The position numbers and the translations under genes are program-made. DNA of 64,000 nt from an uncultured Clostridia bacterium (GTDB lineage: Bacteria > Bacillota > Clostridia > Christensenellales > UBA1242): assembly GCA_944376845.1 (NCBI GenBank), contig CALWDZ010000002.1:44233-108232 (forward strand), written 5' to 3'. The notes under the pieces are model-generated. The model was not told the origin of the DNA, made no database searches, and saw only the letters and a program-made list of their open reading frames with translations. Shown here piece after piece: positions 1 to 9,315 of the stretch. How positions within the stretch are numbered: the first letter of the stretch is position 1; the number at the start of each line of letters is the position of its first letter.

Positions 1-1118
1 ACGTTTTGTTCTAATAGCTTAGCAATATCCATTCTCTTTTGATGCAATTTAATGCTATTTTTATAAAGTTCACTATTTATATCTTCTTTTTCTTTATCAA
101 GTTTTAAAATAACTTTTTCACTATTTAAAATATTATCATATCTGTTTTGTGCGTTTGAAAGAAAAGTCAAAATTCCTTCTATAGTTGAGCCATACTTTCG
201 TTTTAAAGACTTTATTCGTTCCTGCCTTTCAACAAGGTCATCAAGATCATTTTGAGAAAACTCTAAAGACAAAAGCAGTTCCTTTAAATCACTTTGTATA
301 TCTTCAAGTTCAATCTCTATACTTTCTAGTCTATCATGAATTTTTGAAACTTTGTCATTATATTGTGAGATAGTTGCCAAAGCACTTAAAGCAACTCCCA
401 ATCGGTTTGCAGTCAAATTTTCAAGCGAAGAACTCAAGGCGGATGATATTTTCTCAGCATTAGATAATGTAACAATTTGAGAATCAAGTTTTTCATCTTC
501 TCCAATATATAAATTACTATTTTCAATCTCATCAATCTGATATTTTAGCAAATCTAATGTACGCTCTCTATCTTCACCCTTTCCACCAATTTGTGCCATT
601 TGTTCATTTACTTTTTTAAGCGAATCAAGTAAAGATTTAATTCGTTCTTTTTCGGGAACCAAATTTTGACTATCATAACCATCTAAAAGTTTTAAATGAT
701 TTTTAGTATTTAAAAGTTCTACGTTGTCATGTTGACCATACATATCATATAATGTTTCACCAAATTGCCTAACCATTGAAACGCTTACAATTTCTCCGTT
801 GATTTTACAAGACGATTTCCCGTCCATATTATAACTACGGCTGATAATAAGCACATCATCACATTCAATATCAAAGGCACATAATGATTTTATAGTCGAT
901 TCTTGCAAATCTATAAATGTAGCCTTAACAAAAAGTTCTTCTTCGCCATTTCTTATATCTTCTTTCTGAGCCTTAGCACCAAGAACAAACTTCAATGCAT
1001 CCAAAATTATACTTTTACCAGCACCAGTTTCACCAATCAAAACATTGAAGCCTCTATTAAACTCGAGGCTTGAATTTTCAATAATAGCAAAATTTTTAAT
1101 AGTTAACTTCTGTAACAT
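1..1118 (-). CDS. recN: DNA repair protein RecN (5' part; runs off the left edge)
   Basis: Hand translation from ATG at 1118: MLQKLTIKNFAIIENSSLEFNRGFNVLIGETGAGKSIILDAL (Walker A GETGAGKS); follows argR. Confidence 0.95.
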   Translation of the reverse strand, partial: MLQKLTIKNFAIIENSSLEFNRGFNVLIGETGAGKSIILDALKFVLGAKAQKEDIRNGEEELFVKATFIDLQESTIKSLCAFDIECDDVLIISRSYNMDGKSSCKINGEIVSVSMVRQFGETLYDMYGQHDNVELLNTKNHLKLLDGYDSQNLVPEKERIKSLLDSLKKVNEQMAQIGGKGEDRERTLDLLKYQIDEIENSNLYIGEDEKLDSQIVTLSNAEKISSALSSSLENLTANRLGVALSALATISQYNDKVSKIHDRLESIEIELEDIQSDLKELLLSLEFSQNDLDDLVERQERIKSLKRKYGSTIEGILTFLSNAQNRYDNILNSEKVILKLDKEKEDINSELYKNSIKLHQKRMDIAKLLEQN

Positions 1119-1124
1119 AATTAC

Positions 1125-1577
1125 CTATCTTATAAATTGTTCAAGAGTTGTGCTTGCCTTTTGAGCAGAAAGTGTTGTTGGCATAATAACCATAACTGTA
1201 TCGTCACCATAGACAGAACCCATAACATCTTCTACATTCAATTTGTCAATAATTGCACAAATACCACTAGCCAGACCTTTCACTGTTTTTATAACACATA
1301 AATTGCCGGCAGGTTTTATGGATATAACAGACTCACGGAATATAGAGATATTTTTATTTGAAACACTTTGGTCAGTGGAATCCATAAGAGCATATTTATA
1401 TTTTCCATCCGGTGTTTGAATTTTGATAAGACCTAGTTCTTTTATATCACGCGAAATTGTTGCTTGTGTTATATCAAAATTCGCCGCTTTCAAACATGCA
1501 ACCAGTTCGTCTTGGGATGCAATTTCTCTTGTAGAAATAAGTTCTAGGATTTTTGATTGTCTTGATGACCTTGCCAC
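1125..1577 (-). CDS. argR: Arginine repressor ArgR/AhrC
   Basis: TQATISRDIKELGLIK HTH, GDDT arginine-binding motif; GTG start with AAGGAG RBS. Confidence 0.96.
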   Translation of the reverse strand: MARSSRQSKILELISTREIASQDELVACLKAANFDITQATISRDIKELGLIKIQTPDGKYKYALMDSTDQSVSNKNISIFRESVISIKPAGNLCVIKTVKGLASGICAIIDKLNVEDVMGSVYGDDTVMVIMPTTLSAQKASTTLEQFIR

Positions 1578-1631
1578 TTTTAACTCCTTTGCAAACGCTA
1601 CAACCCTTATAAATAAAGGGTTTTAAGCCCT

Positions 1632-1800
1632 TATGAATAATTATGCACGCATATTTATTCATGTTGTTTGGAATTATTATACAATGTAATTTATAATTAT
1701 GCAAGCAAATTTTGCATAATTATTCATTCGATTTTTTATGAATATTCATAACTTTTATAATTATCAAAAAGCCAATGTTTAATTATGCATAAGTGCATAA
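1632..1800. promoter_or_regulatory. Cluster of ARG-box-like operators upstream of argR
   Basis: ATGAATAATTATGCA (1633-1647), GCATATTTATTCAT (1649-1662), TTATAATTATGCAA (1691-1704), TTGCATAATTATTCAT (1712-1727), weaker copies near 1738 and 1776-1800; fit Firmicute TGMATA-WW-TATKCA. Confidence 0.75.
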
Positions 1801-1813
1801 AAAAAAGAATGCT

Positions 1814-2533
1814 TTAATCTGCATCCTTTTTATTTACTTCAGCTTGTTCTATGTTTGTACTATGTTCTGTATTCGTTTGTGTTAATACTTCCTCAGTACT
1901 CATTTCCTCTTGTTGAATTAACTGCCCTTCTTCTTGTTTTGTCTTCTTAGATTTTTTACCCTGAGGAGTAAACCAACTTATAACCTTACCAACAGCAAGC
2001 ATAATTTTGTTACAATTTTTCATGGCATATTTTTTACCAAGCGACTTTCCAAAGATTGTCATACTCGCTATCACTGCACTAACTAAAGAAGCAATTATAA
2101 TTCCCAAAGCGGATTCCGAATCTATCGCAATTTTAACAATGATACTTGCTCCTGCAGCACCAGACAAAATTCCACAAACGTCACCCACAACATCGGCAAT
2201 AATACTTGTAAATTTATCAGCGTTCTTTATCAGCCTAATCGCTTCTTTGGCTCCTCTAATTTTTTTTGAAGCCATAGCTCTAAATGGTTGTATATCTGCA
2301 GCAGTTACCGCAACACCAATCATGTCCGTCAGAATTGATATACTCATAAATACAACAATGACTAGAATTGCAATTACAACGCCAGTGCCACTTAAGAAAA
2401 ATTCACTCAGCACACCAAAGCACATTGAAAGTGCAAACGATAGTACTAGAACTTTAAGTGACCATATTAGTTGTTTATGATTTTGATTTTGTTTTTTTAC
2501 CGTTTTATTTTTCGGGTTTGGTTTCGTTTTCAC
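1814..2533 (-). CDS. oapA: OLE-associated protein A (CNNM/DUF21-like membrane protein)
   Basis: Hydrophobic helices, PFRAMASKKIRGAKEAIRLIKNADK and DVVGDVCGILSGAAG (DxxxD) motifs; directly downstream of the OLE RNA. Confidence 0.88.
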   Translation of the reverse strand: MKTKPNPKNKTVKKQNQNHKQLIWSLKVLVLSFALSMCFGVLSEFFLSGTGVVIAILVIVVFMSISILTDMIGVAVTAADIQPFRAMASKKIRGAKEAIRLIKNADKFTSIIADVVGDVCGILSGAAGASIIVKIAIDSESALGIIIASLVSAVIASMTIFGKSLGKKYAMKNCNKIMLAVGKVISWFTPQGKKSKKTKQEEGQLIQQEEMSTEEVLTQTNTEHSTNIEQAEVNKKDAD

Positions 2534-2619
2534 TATCTTTCCTTTATTTATATATATATGTATTTTTTAAAAACATAACAAATTTTGTTTTTAAACAAAA
2601 CTTGAGATTATACAAAAAA

Positions 2620-3186
2620 ATGAAGGTAACATTTTGAGTAAACCTTGTGGCATAGGTTCGGTAGGATTTCCCCAAACTTCGCACCCACCGTCACCGCATG
2701 GGCAGTTTCCTTTTAAGCGAAGGCTGACACCGAATCGCCACTAAGACCACACTATAATCCCCAAAATGTTCGACTAAAAGTCACAGTCTAGAAGTTTTCC
2801 TTAGCAGTCTGAACCATTCTTAGCTTTTTTTGCAAACTTGATTTCAAACACAAAGTAGATTTATTGATTGGCCGGTCTTTAAATTACCTTAACGCATTAT
2901 CCCTACAAGTTCACTCAAAGCAGGCTACTCTGCACACAGCCATTTTTGTTTAACCGCAATGCAGGTTCTCCCCAAACAGTACCACTTTGGTGGCACCATT
3001 TTGGGTCTCCGCGAAAATTGGGTCGGGGGTTATATGCCGTTATAACTCGCCCAATAATCTTAACTTCCAGCACGCACCCCAATTTGGGCAATCGAAGCAC
3101 GCACCAGAAACTTCACAGTTGTGCCCTTCGTTGCTTTTGTATCAACTTCCAAATAGTTCAGCCTGACTAGAATACTGCACCTTCAT
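2620..3186 (-). ncRNA. ole: OLE RNA (ornate, large, extremophilic RNA), ~565 nt
   Basis: Minus strand has OLE hallmark blocks GGUGCAGUAUUCUAGUCAGG, AAGGGCACA, GUAGCCUGCUUUGAGUG, GAAAACUUCUAGACUG, UGGGGAAAUCCUACCGAACCUAUGCC; ends pair (UGAAGGUG / UACCUUCA); GC-rich relative to flanks; xseB-ole-oapA-argR-recN synteny. Confidence 0.92.
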
Positions 3187-3190
3187 ATAT

Positions 3191-3219
3191 ATTATATCAT
3201 ACATATGTAAAAAATACAA
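3191..3219 (-). promoter_or_regulatory. Sigma-A promoter of ole
   Basis: TTGTAT (3219-3214), 17-nt spacer, extended TG-n-TATAAT (3196-3191) a few nt before the RNA 5' end. Confidence 0.75.
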
Positions 3220-3228
3220 CAATTTTAT

Positions 3229-3435
3229 TTACTTCATTTCTCGTTCAATTACAGCATCAAGTTCAGATACAAGTTCAGTTATCTTTCCCTTGCTCTCATC
3301 CAAAATTTGACAACAACTCTTCGCAATTTGTTTTCCTTCATCAAACAATTCTATTGCTTGATTAAAAGAGCATTCACCGCTTTCAAGTGCAGAAACAATT
3401 TCTTCTAATCTTTTTAATTTTTCTTCAAAAGTCAT
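3229..3435 (-). CDS. xseB: Exodeoxyribonuclease VII small subunit
   Basis: MTFEEKLKRLEEIVSALESG; follows xseA. Confidence 0.95.
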   Translation of the reverse strand: MTFEEKLKRLEEIVSALESGECSFNQAIELFDEGKQIAKSCCQILDESKGKITELVSELDAVIEREMK

Positions 3436-3438
3436 ACT

Positions 3439-4614
3439 TTACTCCTTATCATTAACTTTCGCATAAATTTTACCATCCGACATCTCAACAACTATGTCGT
3501 CACCTATGTTTACATTTCTTACAGAATTAATTTGTTCACTATCCTTTTTAACTACAGCAAAGCCTAGTTTTAGTACTTCGCTTGGATTAAGCTTTTGTAA
3601 TTTGTTTTCCAAAAGTTTAAACTTGTTATCAAGAGAACTATAAAAGTTATTAGCAGCATATTTTAACCGAATTACAAGTTTAGAAAGTAAATTCGCATTC
3701 AAAACATTTTTAGAATTAAAAGCATCAATCAAATTTCTAGACAATGTAGTGAATAAACCATGTTTTTCAATATAGATAGTTTGTATTGATTGTCTTAGGC
3801 GTGGCAAAAGAGAATAAAATTTTGAAATTTGTTCCCCCATATCACTACACAGAAGTTCTGCAGCCACACTAGGCGTAGGTGCTCTAAGGTCACTGCAAAA
3901 ATCACAAATAGTGTAGTCTGTCTCATGTCCAACTGCAGATAAAATAAATTTATTAGCACCAAATACAGCGTCCGCTACGACTTCAGTGTTAAAGGGAGCC
4001 AGGTCTTCTAGTGAGCCACCACCTCGCGCAACAATTATTACATCTACATTGTAATTGTCCAAAAATTTAATACCCTTGGCGATTTCATACTCTGCACCAA
4101 TTCCTTGAACTCGAACAGGATATAAAACTATATCTATATAAGGATTTCGCCTTGTACGCACATTTATTATGTCCTGAATTACCGCCCCTTCTTTGCTAGT
4201 AACGACCCCTATTCGTTTTATAATCTTTGGCATAGGTATTTTATGAGATTCATCAAAATAACCTTTCGCTTCTAAGTCAGCCTTTAACTTTAAGAATTGC
4301 TGATACAACTCTCCAAGTCCAAACTTTTCTACTTTTTGAACATTAAAATTGAGTTTGCCACCTTTTACATAATATCTCGGAGTACCAGTCAATATTACTT
4401 TATCACCATTTTGATATGAAAAATTTGAAATATCAAAACACACGCAAGACATTGTAGCACCTTCATCTTTCAATACAAAATAAGCCACATTCCTTACAAT
4501 GCTAAGCCCTGATATTTCGCCCACCACACGGACATTAAACAACAATTCTTCAGCATCAAATATTTGCTTAAAATAAGTAGATATTTGAGTGACTGTTAAA
4601 GGCCTTTGCTCCAC
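3439..4614 (-). CDS. xseA: Exodeoxyribonuclease VII large subunit
   Basis: VVGEIS, ARGGGSLEDL, AVGHETD, RAPTPS motifs. Confidence 0.97.
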   Translation of the reverse strand: MEQRPLTVTQISTYFKQIFDAEELLFNVRVVGEISGLSIVRNVAYFVLKDEGATMSCVCFDISNFSYQNGDKVILTGTPRYYVKGGKLNFNVQKVEKFGLGELYQQFLKLKADLEAKGYFDESHKIPMPKIIKRIGVVTSKEGAVIQDIINVRTRRNPYIDIVLYPVRVQGIGAEYEIAKGIKFLDNYNVDVIIVARGGGSLEDLAPFNTEVVADAVFGANKFILSAVGHETDYTICDFCSDLRAPTPSVAAELLCSDMGEQISKFYSLLPRLRQSIQTIYIEKHGLFTTLSRNLIDAFNSKNVLNANLLSKLVIRLKYAANNFYSSLDNKFKLLENKLQKLNPSEVLKLGFAVVKKDSEQINSVRNVNIGDDIVVEMSDGKIYAKVNDKE

Positions 4615-5003
4615 TATTTCTCCTCTAGTATAGTTTTTAATATACCGTTCACAAAAGCATAACTTTTTTCAGTTCCGTATTTTTTAGCGAGATTGACCGC
4701 TTCATTTATAACAACTTTTTGAGGTGTTTGCCCATAAAATTTTAATTCTGCCACCGCAACTATGATAATTGCTTTATCTACCCTGTATAGTCTTTCTAAA
4801 CTATAATCTTTTAAATGCGAAGAAATTAAGTTTTCAATTTCATTCAAATTATCAATTGAAAGTTTTACAAGTGTTGTCGCAAACTCAACATCTTCAGGTT
4901 TTGTCAAATCCTCAAAATCAAAAATTCCATCCATATTTGTGGTGGAATTAAACAATGTTTCAAACACTTTACAAAACGCTACTTCTCTTGCATATGCACG
5001 CAT
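4614..5003 (-). CDS. nusB: Transcription antitermination factor NusB
   Basis: VVINEAVNLAKKY...FVNGIL; ATG at 5003 preferred (GAGG upstream) over GTG 5015. Confidence 0.93.
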   Translation of the reverse strand: MRAYAREVAFCKVFETLFNSTTNMDGIFDFEDLTKPEDVEFATTLVKLSIDNLNEIENLISSHLKDYSLERLYRVDKAIIIVAVAELKFYGQTPQKVVINEAVNLAKKYGTEKSYAFVNGILKTILEEK

Positions 5004-5018
5004 ATTAACCCTCACTAT

Positions 5019-5043
5019 AAAAAATCCACTTAAAAGTGGATTT
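5019..5043 (-). terminator. Intrinsic terminator-like hairpin between Asp23 gene and nusB
   Basis: AAATCCACT-TAAA-AGTGGATTT with U-tract on the minus strand. Confidence 0.6.
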
Positions 5044-5047
5044 AATT

Positions 5048-5428
5048 TTACTCTTCTGCTCTAAAATCAACACCCACGATATGGATATTTATTTTATTCA
5101 CCCTCATCTCTACCATAGAAACAATATTGTTTTTTATGTTCTCTTGAACTCTATAAGCAATATCAGGAACACTGTTTCCGCTATAAATCCTAATGTAAAC
5201 ATCAATAATAAGTTGTCCGTTCTGCGCAATCTTTAGTTTGACACCAGTTGAATCTGATTTTGAAAACATCTTTTTTAGTTTCATAGAAAAACTATCTTGC
5301 AGGCTGGACACACCACTTATCTCTTTTGTTGCCAATGAGATGATGGATAATAAAATATTTCTATCGCAAGTTATTTTACCTTTATCTTCTTGAAGTTGAC
5401 TGTATGGCTGTGACACTAGTATCCTCAC
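5048..5428 (-). CDS. Asp23/Gls24 family protein (YqhY-like)
   Basis: VPDIAYRVQENIK...INIHIVGV; position before nusB. Confidence 0.85.
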   Translation of the reverse strand: MRILVSQPYSQLQEDKGKITCDRNILLSIISLATKEISGVSSLQDSFSMKLKKMFSKSDSTGVKLKIAQNGQLIIDVYIRIYSGNSVPDIAYRVQENIKNNIVSMVEMRVNKINIHIVGVDFRAEE

Positions 5429-5493
5429 TTTGTTATATTATTTAGGTTTACACCATTTTTTATTAATATAACACACCTTCAAAAGTTTTGCAA

Positions 5494-5967
5494 TTATTCT
5501 ACAGGAATTATTTTAATATTATCTATTGATTTTTGTGTTTGTTCTTGAACTATAGCGACAATCTGAGCAACTTGTGAACTTTCAAGACTTGCACATTTAA
5601 CAATGACATTTATATTATTAGCAGAATTTGTTACAATTGCGTCTTCAAAACCTTTTGCCTTAATTAACCCTTCCATGACAAGTTCTGATTCCATTTGATC
5701 AACTATTTCAAGTTTCATTGCTTCTGCATTTGCCTTTGCTTCGGCAGTTGAATCTTCAGAATTTATAATTGCATCATAATATAAAAGTTCTTGATCACGT
5801 GTTGTTTGTCTATCTTGTCTGTATGTATCAAAATAATTCATCTGTGTAACTGTTCCCGTAGTTGGTGTTGTTGCATTATTATTGAGTGCAATATTTAAAT
5901 ATCCAGTAACTCCAAGTAATAAAACCATAGCAACCAAAATAATAATTTTTGTTCTCTTTTTTAACAT
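5494..5967 (-). CDS. spoIIIAH: Stage III sporulation protein AH
   Basis: N-terminal TM with GYLN, EGLIKAKGFEDA; operon order. Confidence 0.9.
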   Translation of the reverse strand: MLKKRTKIIILVAMVLLLGVTGYLNIALNNNATTPTTGTVTQMNYFDTYRQDRQTTRDQELLYYDAIINSEDSTAEAKANAEAMKLEIVDQMESELVMEGLIKAKGFEDAIVTNSANNINVIVKCASLESSQVAQIVAIVQEQTQKSIDNIKIIPVE

Positions 5968-5979
5968 AATAAACTCCTT

Positions 5980-6534
5980 TTATTTCCCTACTAATATTTC
6001 TATATCTTCTGCATTAATCTCAAGTAATGCCATTACTGCTTTTTGCAGTTCGAGCATTACACTTATGTTACTTGCCCCACTACTTACCACCAAAACTCCA
6101 CTGACCTTTGGTAAATTTTCTCTGATTATTATAGGAGAATCTCTACCTGATTGCGAAACCAAAATCAATTCCTCAGTGGTTGTTGTTTGAGTGGTCGTTG
6201 TTCCACCAACAGTTTGAGAAGTGGTTTCCTCTGTTGTATTTGTCGCATAAACATACTCTACACCACAACTTAAGGTTACCATTACGCTAACATTTCCTGC
6301 CCCATTTATTTGCGAGAGTACATTTGATAATTTATTCTCAAGGTACTGTGCATATTCCTCTGTTGTAAGTGCTGTTAATGTATTTTCTTCGCTTTTTGTA
6401 GAAGAAAAAGTCGAACTATATATGAGTAACAATATTGCACAAAACACTACTACTATAATAATTTCAAAATGTTTAATATTTTTGATCTTATCCCAAAATG
6501 CAATCTTTTTTTGTTTAGTTTCCACTAAAAACAA
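5980..6534 (-). CDS. spoIIIAG: Stage III sporulation protein AG
   Basis: LENKLSNVLSQINGAGNVSVMVT, PKVSGVLVVSSGA. Confidence 0.9.
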   Translation of the reverse strand: MFLVETKQKKIAFWDKIKNIKHFEIIIVVVFCAILLLIYSSTFSSTKSEENTLTALTTEEYAQYLENKLSNVLSQINGAGNVSVMVTLSCGVEYVYATNTTEETTSQTVGGTTTTQTTTTEELILVSQSGRDSPIIIRENLPKVSGVLVVSSGASNISVMLELQKAVMALLEINAEDIEILVGK

Positions 6535-7003
6535 TATTCTCCTTTTCCAAACTTACAAATGAAGTAATTACATCAACCGCCTCATTCTCTATATCTATAT
6601 GCTCGTTCCCATCGACTATAACTAAATTACTAAAATCGACATAAATCGTTTCAATTTGCATAACTGTAGTAAAAATATCCGCCGAAATTGATATATCAAC
6701 ATTTTTAAGACCTCTTGCATCAAGCGTACTTTCGATGCCAGTTTCAAGCATAGTAAGTTTATCTCTATTAAGTTGATAAATATAATCTTCTTGAAGCACT
6801 ATTTCAGTTTCTGTAAATATAGATGAAGCGTTAAAATCAGATTTTATAAGAGCCGGCAATGGCGCAATTATTACAAATACAATAACGTAGTTAAAAACAG
6901 TTTTAATATGTCCATTTGTTTGTCCGTTTGGTAAAAATAAATCTATCAATATTGAAAGCACACTCACACCGGCTATAGACAAAATCCAAGCAGAAATACT
7001 CAT
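6515..7003 (-). CDS. spoIIIAF: Stage III sporulation protein AF
   Basis: Two N-terminal TMs (DLFLP...IIAP); operon order. Confidence 0.8.
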   Translation of the reverse strand: MSISAWILSIAGVSVLSILIDLFLPNGQTNGHIKTVFNYVIVFVIIAPLPALIKSDFNASSIFTETEIVLQEDYIYQLNRDKLTMLETGIESTLDARGLKNVDISISADIFTTVMQIETIYVDFSNLVIVDGNEHIDIENEAVDVITSFVSLEKENIVFSGN

Positions 7004-7015
7004 CTCCCTCTCCTT

Positions 7016-8221
7016 TTAAAAAAAGTTCGCACTAAGCATTATCATCCCTGTCATAAGTAAATACATAAATGCACAACCAAGAATCAATACAATAAGCAAT
7101 GAAATACTTTTGGCAAGCATGGATATAAAATTAGATATCCTAGAATCAGTGATAGGCTCCAAGACTGCCGCTACCAATTTTAAAGAAAGCATAAACACAA
7201 CAAGATTTAAAACAGGCACAATAATTGTTGCAAATAACAAGACTAGTCCGGCAGCACCAACTGCATTTTTTATAAGTACGCTACTTGCAACTATTAAATT
7301 CAACCCATCTGACAAATATGATCCAACAAGAGGGATAGAATTTTTTATTGCATACTTTGCCGTTCTAAAAGATATACCATCAACACTACCAGCAGTAATA
7401 CCTTGTATAGCCAAAAATGCAGAAAATACTGTAAATACTCCACCAACTATCCATTTAAACAAACTTGAAAAAAATGATGCGAATTTATCCAGTTTAACAT
7501 TATTTGAAAGGTTTCCAACAATCGAAAACACTAGTTTAAAAATAAATATTGGCATCAAGATGTTAGTAAAGATATTTATAATTGTTCCACTAAGAACAGC
7601 CACAGCGGGTTGATATACACTCACAGAAGTAACACCACCTATAGCGGTCAATACTGTCAATAAAATAGGAAATGCAACATCCATTTGCGCTTTAATATTT
7701 TGTAAAGTGTCCGATGTTAAAGTCAGCATATTAACGCTATATCCAACAAGTACAACTATAATAGCACCAAAACAGACAAAATGAATAACATCACCAATTG
7801 ATTTATTTTTGGAACTTGGACGCGACGCGTTTACCAAACTAAATGTAACCGCAATTGCAATTACTAATGAGAGTATTGGCAAAAATGATAACACATCTTC
7901 AAAGAATAAATTCAGTATACTTGTCCAAATAGAATTTCCGTTTTCCGTAAATTCTCCGCTTATGATTTGTTTTATTTTATCTAAGAAAGAATCATTACCA
8001 AAGATTTCTTTCCCTTCCCCAGTTAATGAATTTAACGCGTCTTCAAGTTCACTAAAATCCAAATCACCAAGCTGTGACCCTATGCTATCTTCAATTATAT
8101 CTTCTATTTCAGAAGATGTTAACTCATCGTCACAATAAACAACCTCTTTTGCATTTCCTGCAAATATAAATGGTATAAACACAATCAAAAAAACAAATAC
8201 AAGTGTAAGATATTTTTTCAT
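7016..8221 (-). CDS. spoIIIAE: Stage III sporulation protein AE
   Basis: Polytopic; RTAKY...IPLVG...SD...IKNAVG. Confidence 0.92.
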   Translation of the reverse strand: MKKYLTLVFVFLIVFIPFIFAGNAKEVVYCDDELTSSEIEDIIEDSIGSQLGDLDFSELEDALNSLTGEGKEIFGNDSFLDKIKQIISGEFTENGNSIWTSILNLFFEDVLSFLPILSLVIAIAVTFSLVNASRPSSKNKSIGDVIHFVCFGAIIVVLVGYSVNMLTLTSDTLQNIKAQMDVAFPILLTVLTAIGGVTSVSVYQPAVAVLSGTIINIFTNILMPIFIFKLVFSIVGNLSNNVKLDKFASFFSSLFKWIVGGVFTVFSAFLAIQGITAGSVDGISFRTAKYAIKNSIPLVGSYLSDGLNLIVASSVLIKNAVGAAGLVLLFATIIVPVLNLVVFMLSLKLVAAVLEPITDSRISNFISMLAKSISLLIVLILGCAFMYLLMTGMIMLSANFF

Positions 8222-8604
8222 GGCAATATCTCCACTATGATTTCTATTATGCTTGTAACTATTGGCAATGCCATTACAAGAATTATAATCTTACCTGCAA
8301 AAAGAATTTTATCTGCAACACTGCTAGAGCCAGCATCATTGCATAAGTTTGCTGAAAATTCTGTTAAATAGCCCACTCCGATAATTTTTAATAATGTTTT
8401 TAATAATCCCGCATCAAGTCCCGTCTTATCAACAATACTTGAAAATGCATCAATTATATCAACGACATAATTGATAGTTTGAATCAATATAAGGACTCCA
8501 CCACAAAGGCCTATAATTATACTAACTTCTGGTTTAATAGGTTTTACAAGAATTGAGGCAATAACTGTAATAAGACCAATGCCAACGATCTTTATTATAT
8601 CCAT
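8218..8604 (-). CDS. spoIIIAD: Stage III sporulation protein AD
   Basis: LLKIIGVGYLTEFSANLCNDAG. Confidence 0.93.
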   Translation of the reverse strand: MDIIKIVGIGLITVIASILVKPIKPEVSIIIGLCGGVLILIQTINYVVDIIDAFSSIVDKTGLDAGLLKTLLKIIGVGYLTEFSANLCNDAGSSSVADKILFAGKIIILVMALPIVTSIIEIIVEILP

Positions 8605-8613
8605 ATCACCTCC

Positions 8614-8808
8614 TTAAAGGCCAAACAAATTCCTAACCGTGTCAAATAATGTGCTTATAAGATCCAAAACCATTAGTAAAACAATTATGAGCCCTGCCAG
8701 TGTTGAAAATGTCGCAATTTCTTCTTTGCCACTTTGTTTGAGTATTTGACCCACCACTGTTGTGAGTATTCCTACAGCGGCGATTTTGAATATAACTTCA
8801 ACACCCAT
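8614..8808 (-). CDS. spoIIIAC: Stage III sporulation protein AC
   Basis: IFKIAAVGIL...LKQSGKEE. Confidence 0.93.
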   Translation of the reverse strand: MGVEVIFKIAAVGILTTVVGQILKQSGKEEIATFSTLAGLIIVLLMVLDLISTLFDTVRNLFGL

Positions 8809-8817
8809 AAACTTCTC

Positions 8818-9312
8818 CTATATAATCAGCAAACAGACAAGTATACCAACAATGATTCCCAACTTTATAAATAGTCCTGAATATTTCTTGCAGTCTTCCT
8901 GAGCCTGAGTGCTATAATTATTGATTGATATTTGATAAGTTTTAATCTCTTTGCTTTGCGCAATTACGTCATACTTACCAAGAGATGAAAAAAATTTGTA
9001 TAATAATTGACGTTCGTCATTTTTTAATATTTTTACATCATCAAACATCTTTTCGGTTATCGCTTGCTTATTCTCTATTGCAAAAATTATATTTTGACAC
9101 AAATCACAAAGTTCTCGACTTGCACACACTTCCACATTTTTCTTTAATATGTTGGCAAGTTTATCTCTACTAAATACAACATCGGCTTCTAGATTTGAAA
9201 GCATAAGCACTAGTGAACCAAAGAACTTTTTCCTGTTTACGTAATACGATGATAATTTAAATCCTATTAAAGCAAAGCAAACAATTATAATTACTATTAA
9301 TATAATCGTCAT
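8818..9312 (-). CDS. spoIIIAB: Stage III sporulation protein AB
   Basis: N- and C-terminal TMs, LGKYDVIAQ, KLG motif; operon order. Confidence 0.85.
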   Translation of the reverse strand: MTIILIVIIIVCFALIGFKLSSYYVNRKKFFGSLVLMLSNLEADVVFSRDKLANILKKNVEVCASRELCDLCQNIIFAIENKQAITEKMFDDVKILKNDERQLLYKFFSSLGKYDVIAQSKEIKTYQISINNYSTQAQEDCKKYSGLFIKLGIIVGILVCLLII

Positions 9313-9315
9313 AAT

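Noticed and set aside
2915-3170. ORFs 2915-3100 (-) and 2946-3170 (+)
   Set aside because: Both lie inside the GC-richer OLE RNA and have no RBS or protein motifs
2620-3186. Alternative identity as RNase P RNA, tmRNA or group II intron
   Set aside because: No RNase P GAGGAAAGUCC signature, no tRNA-like ends and no RT gene; OLE blocks and oapA linkage fit instead
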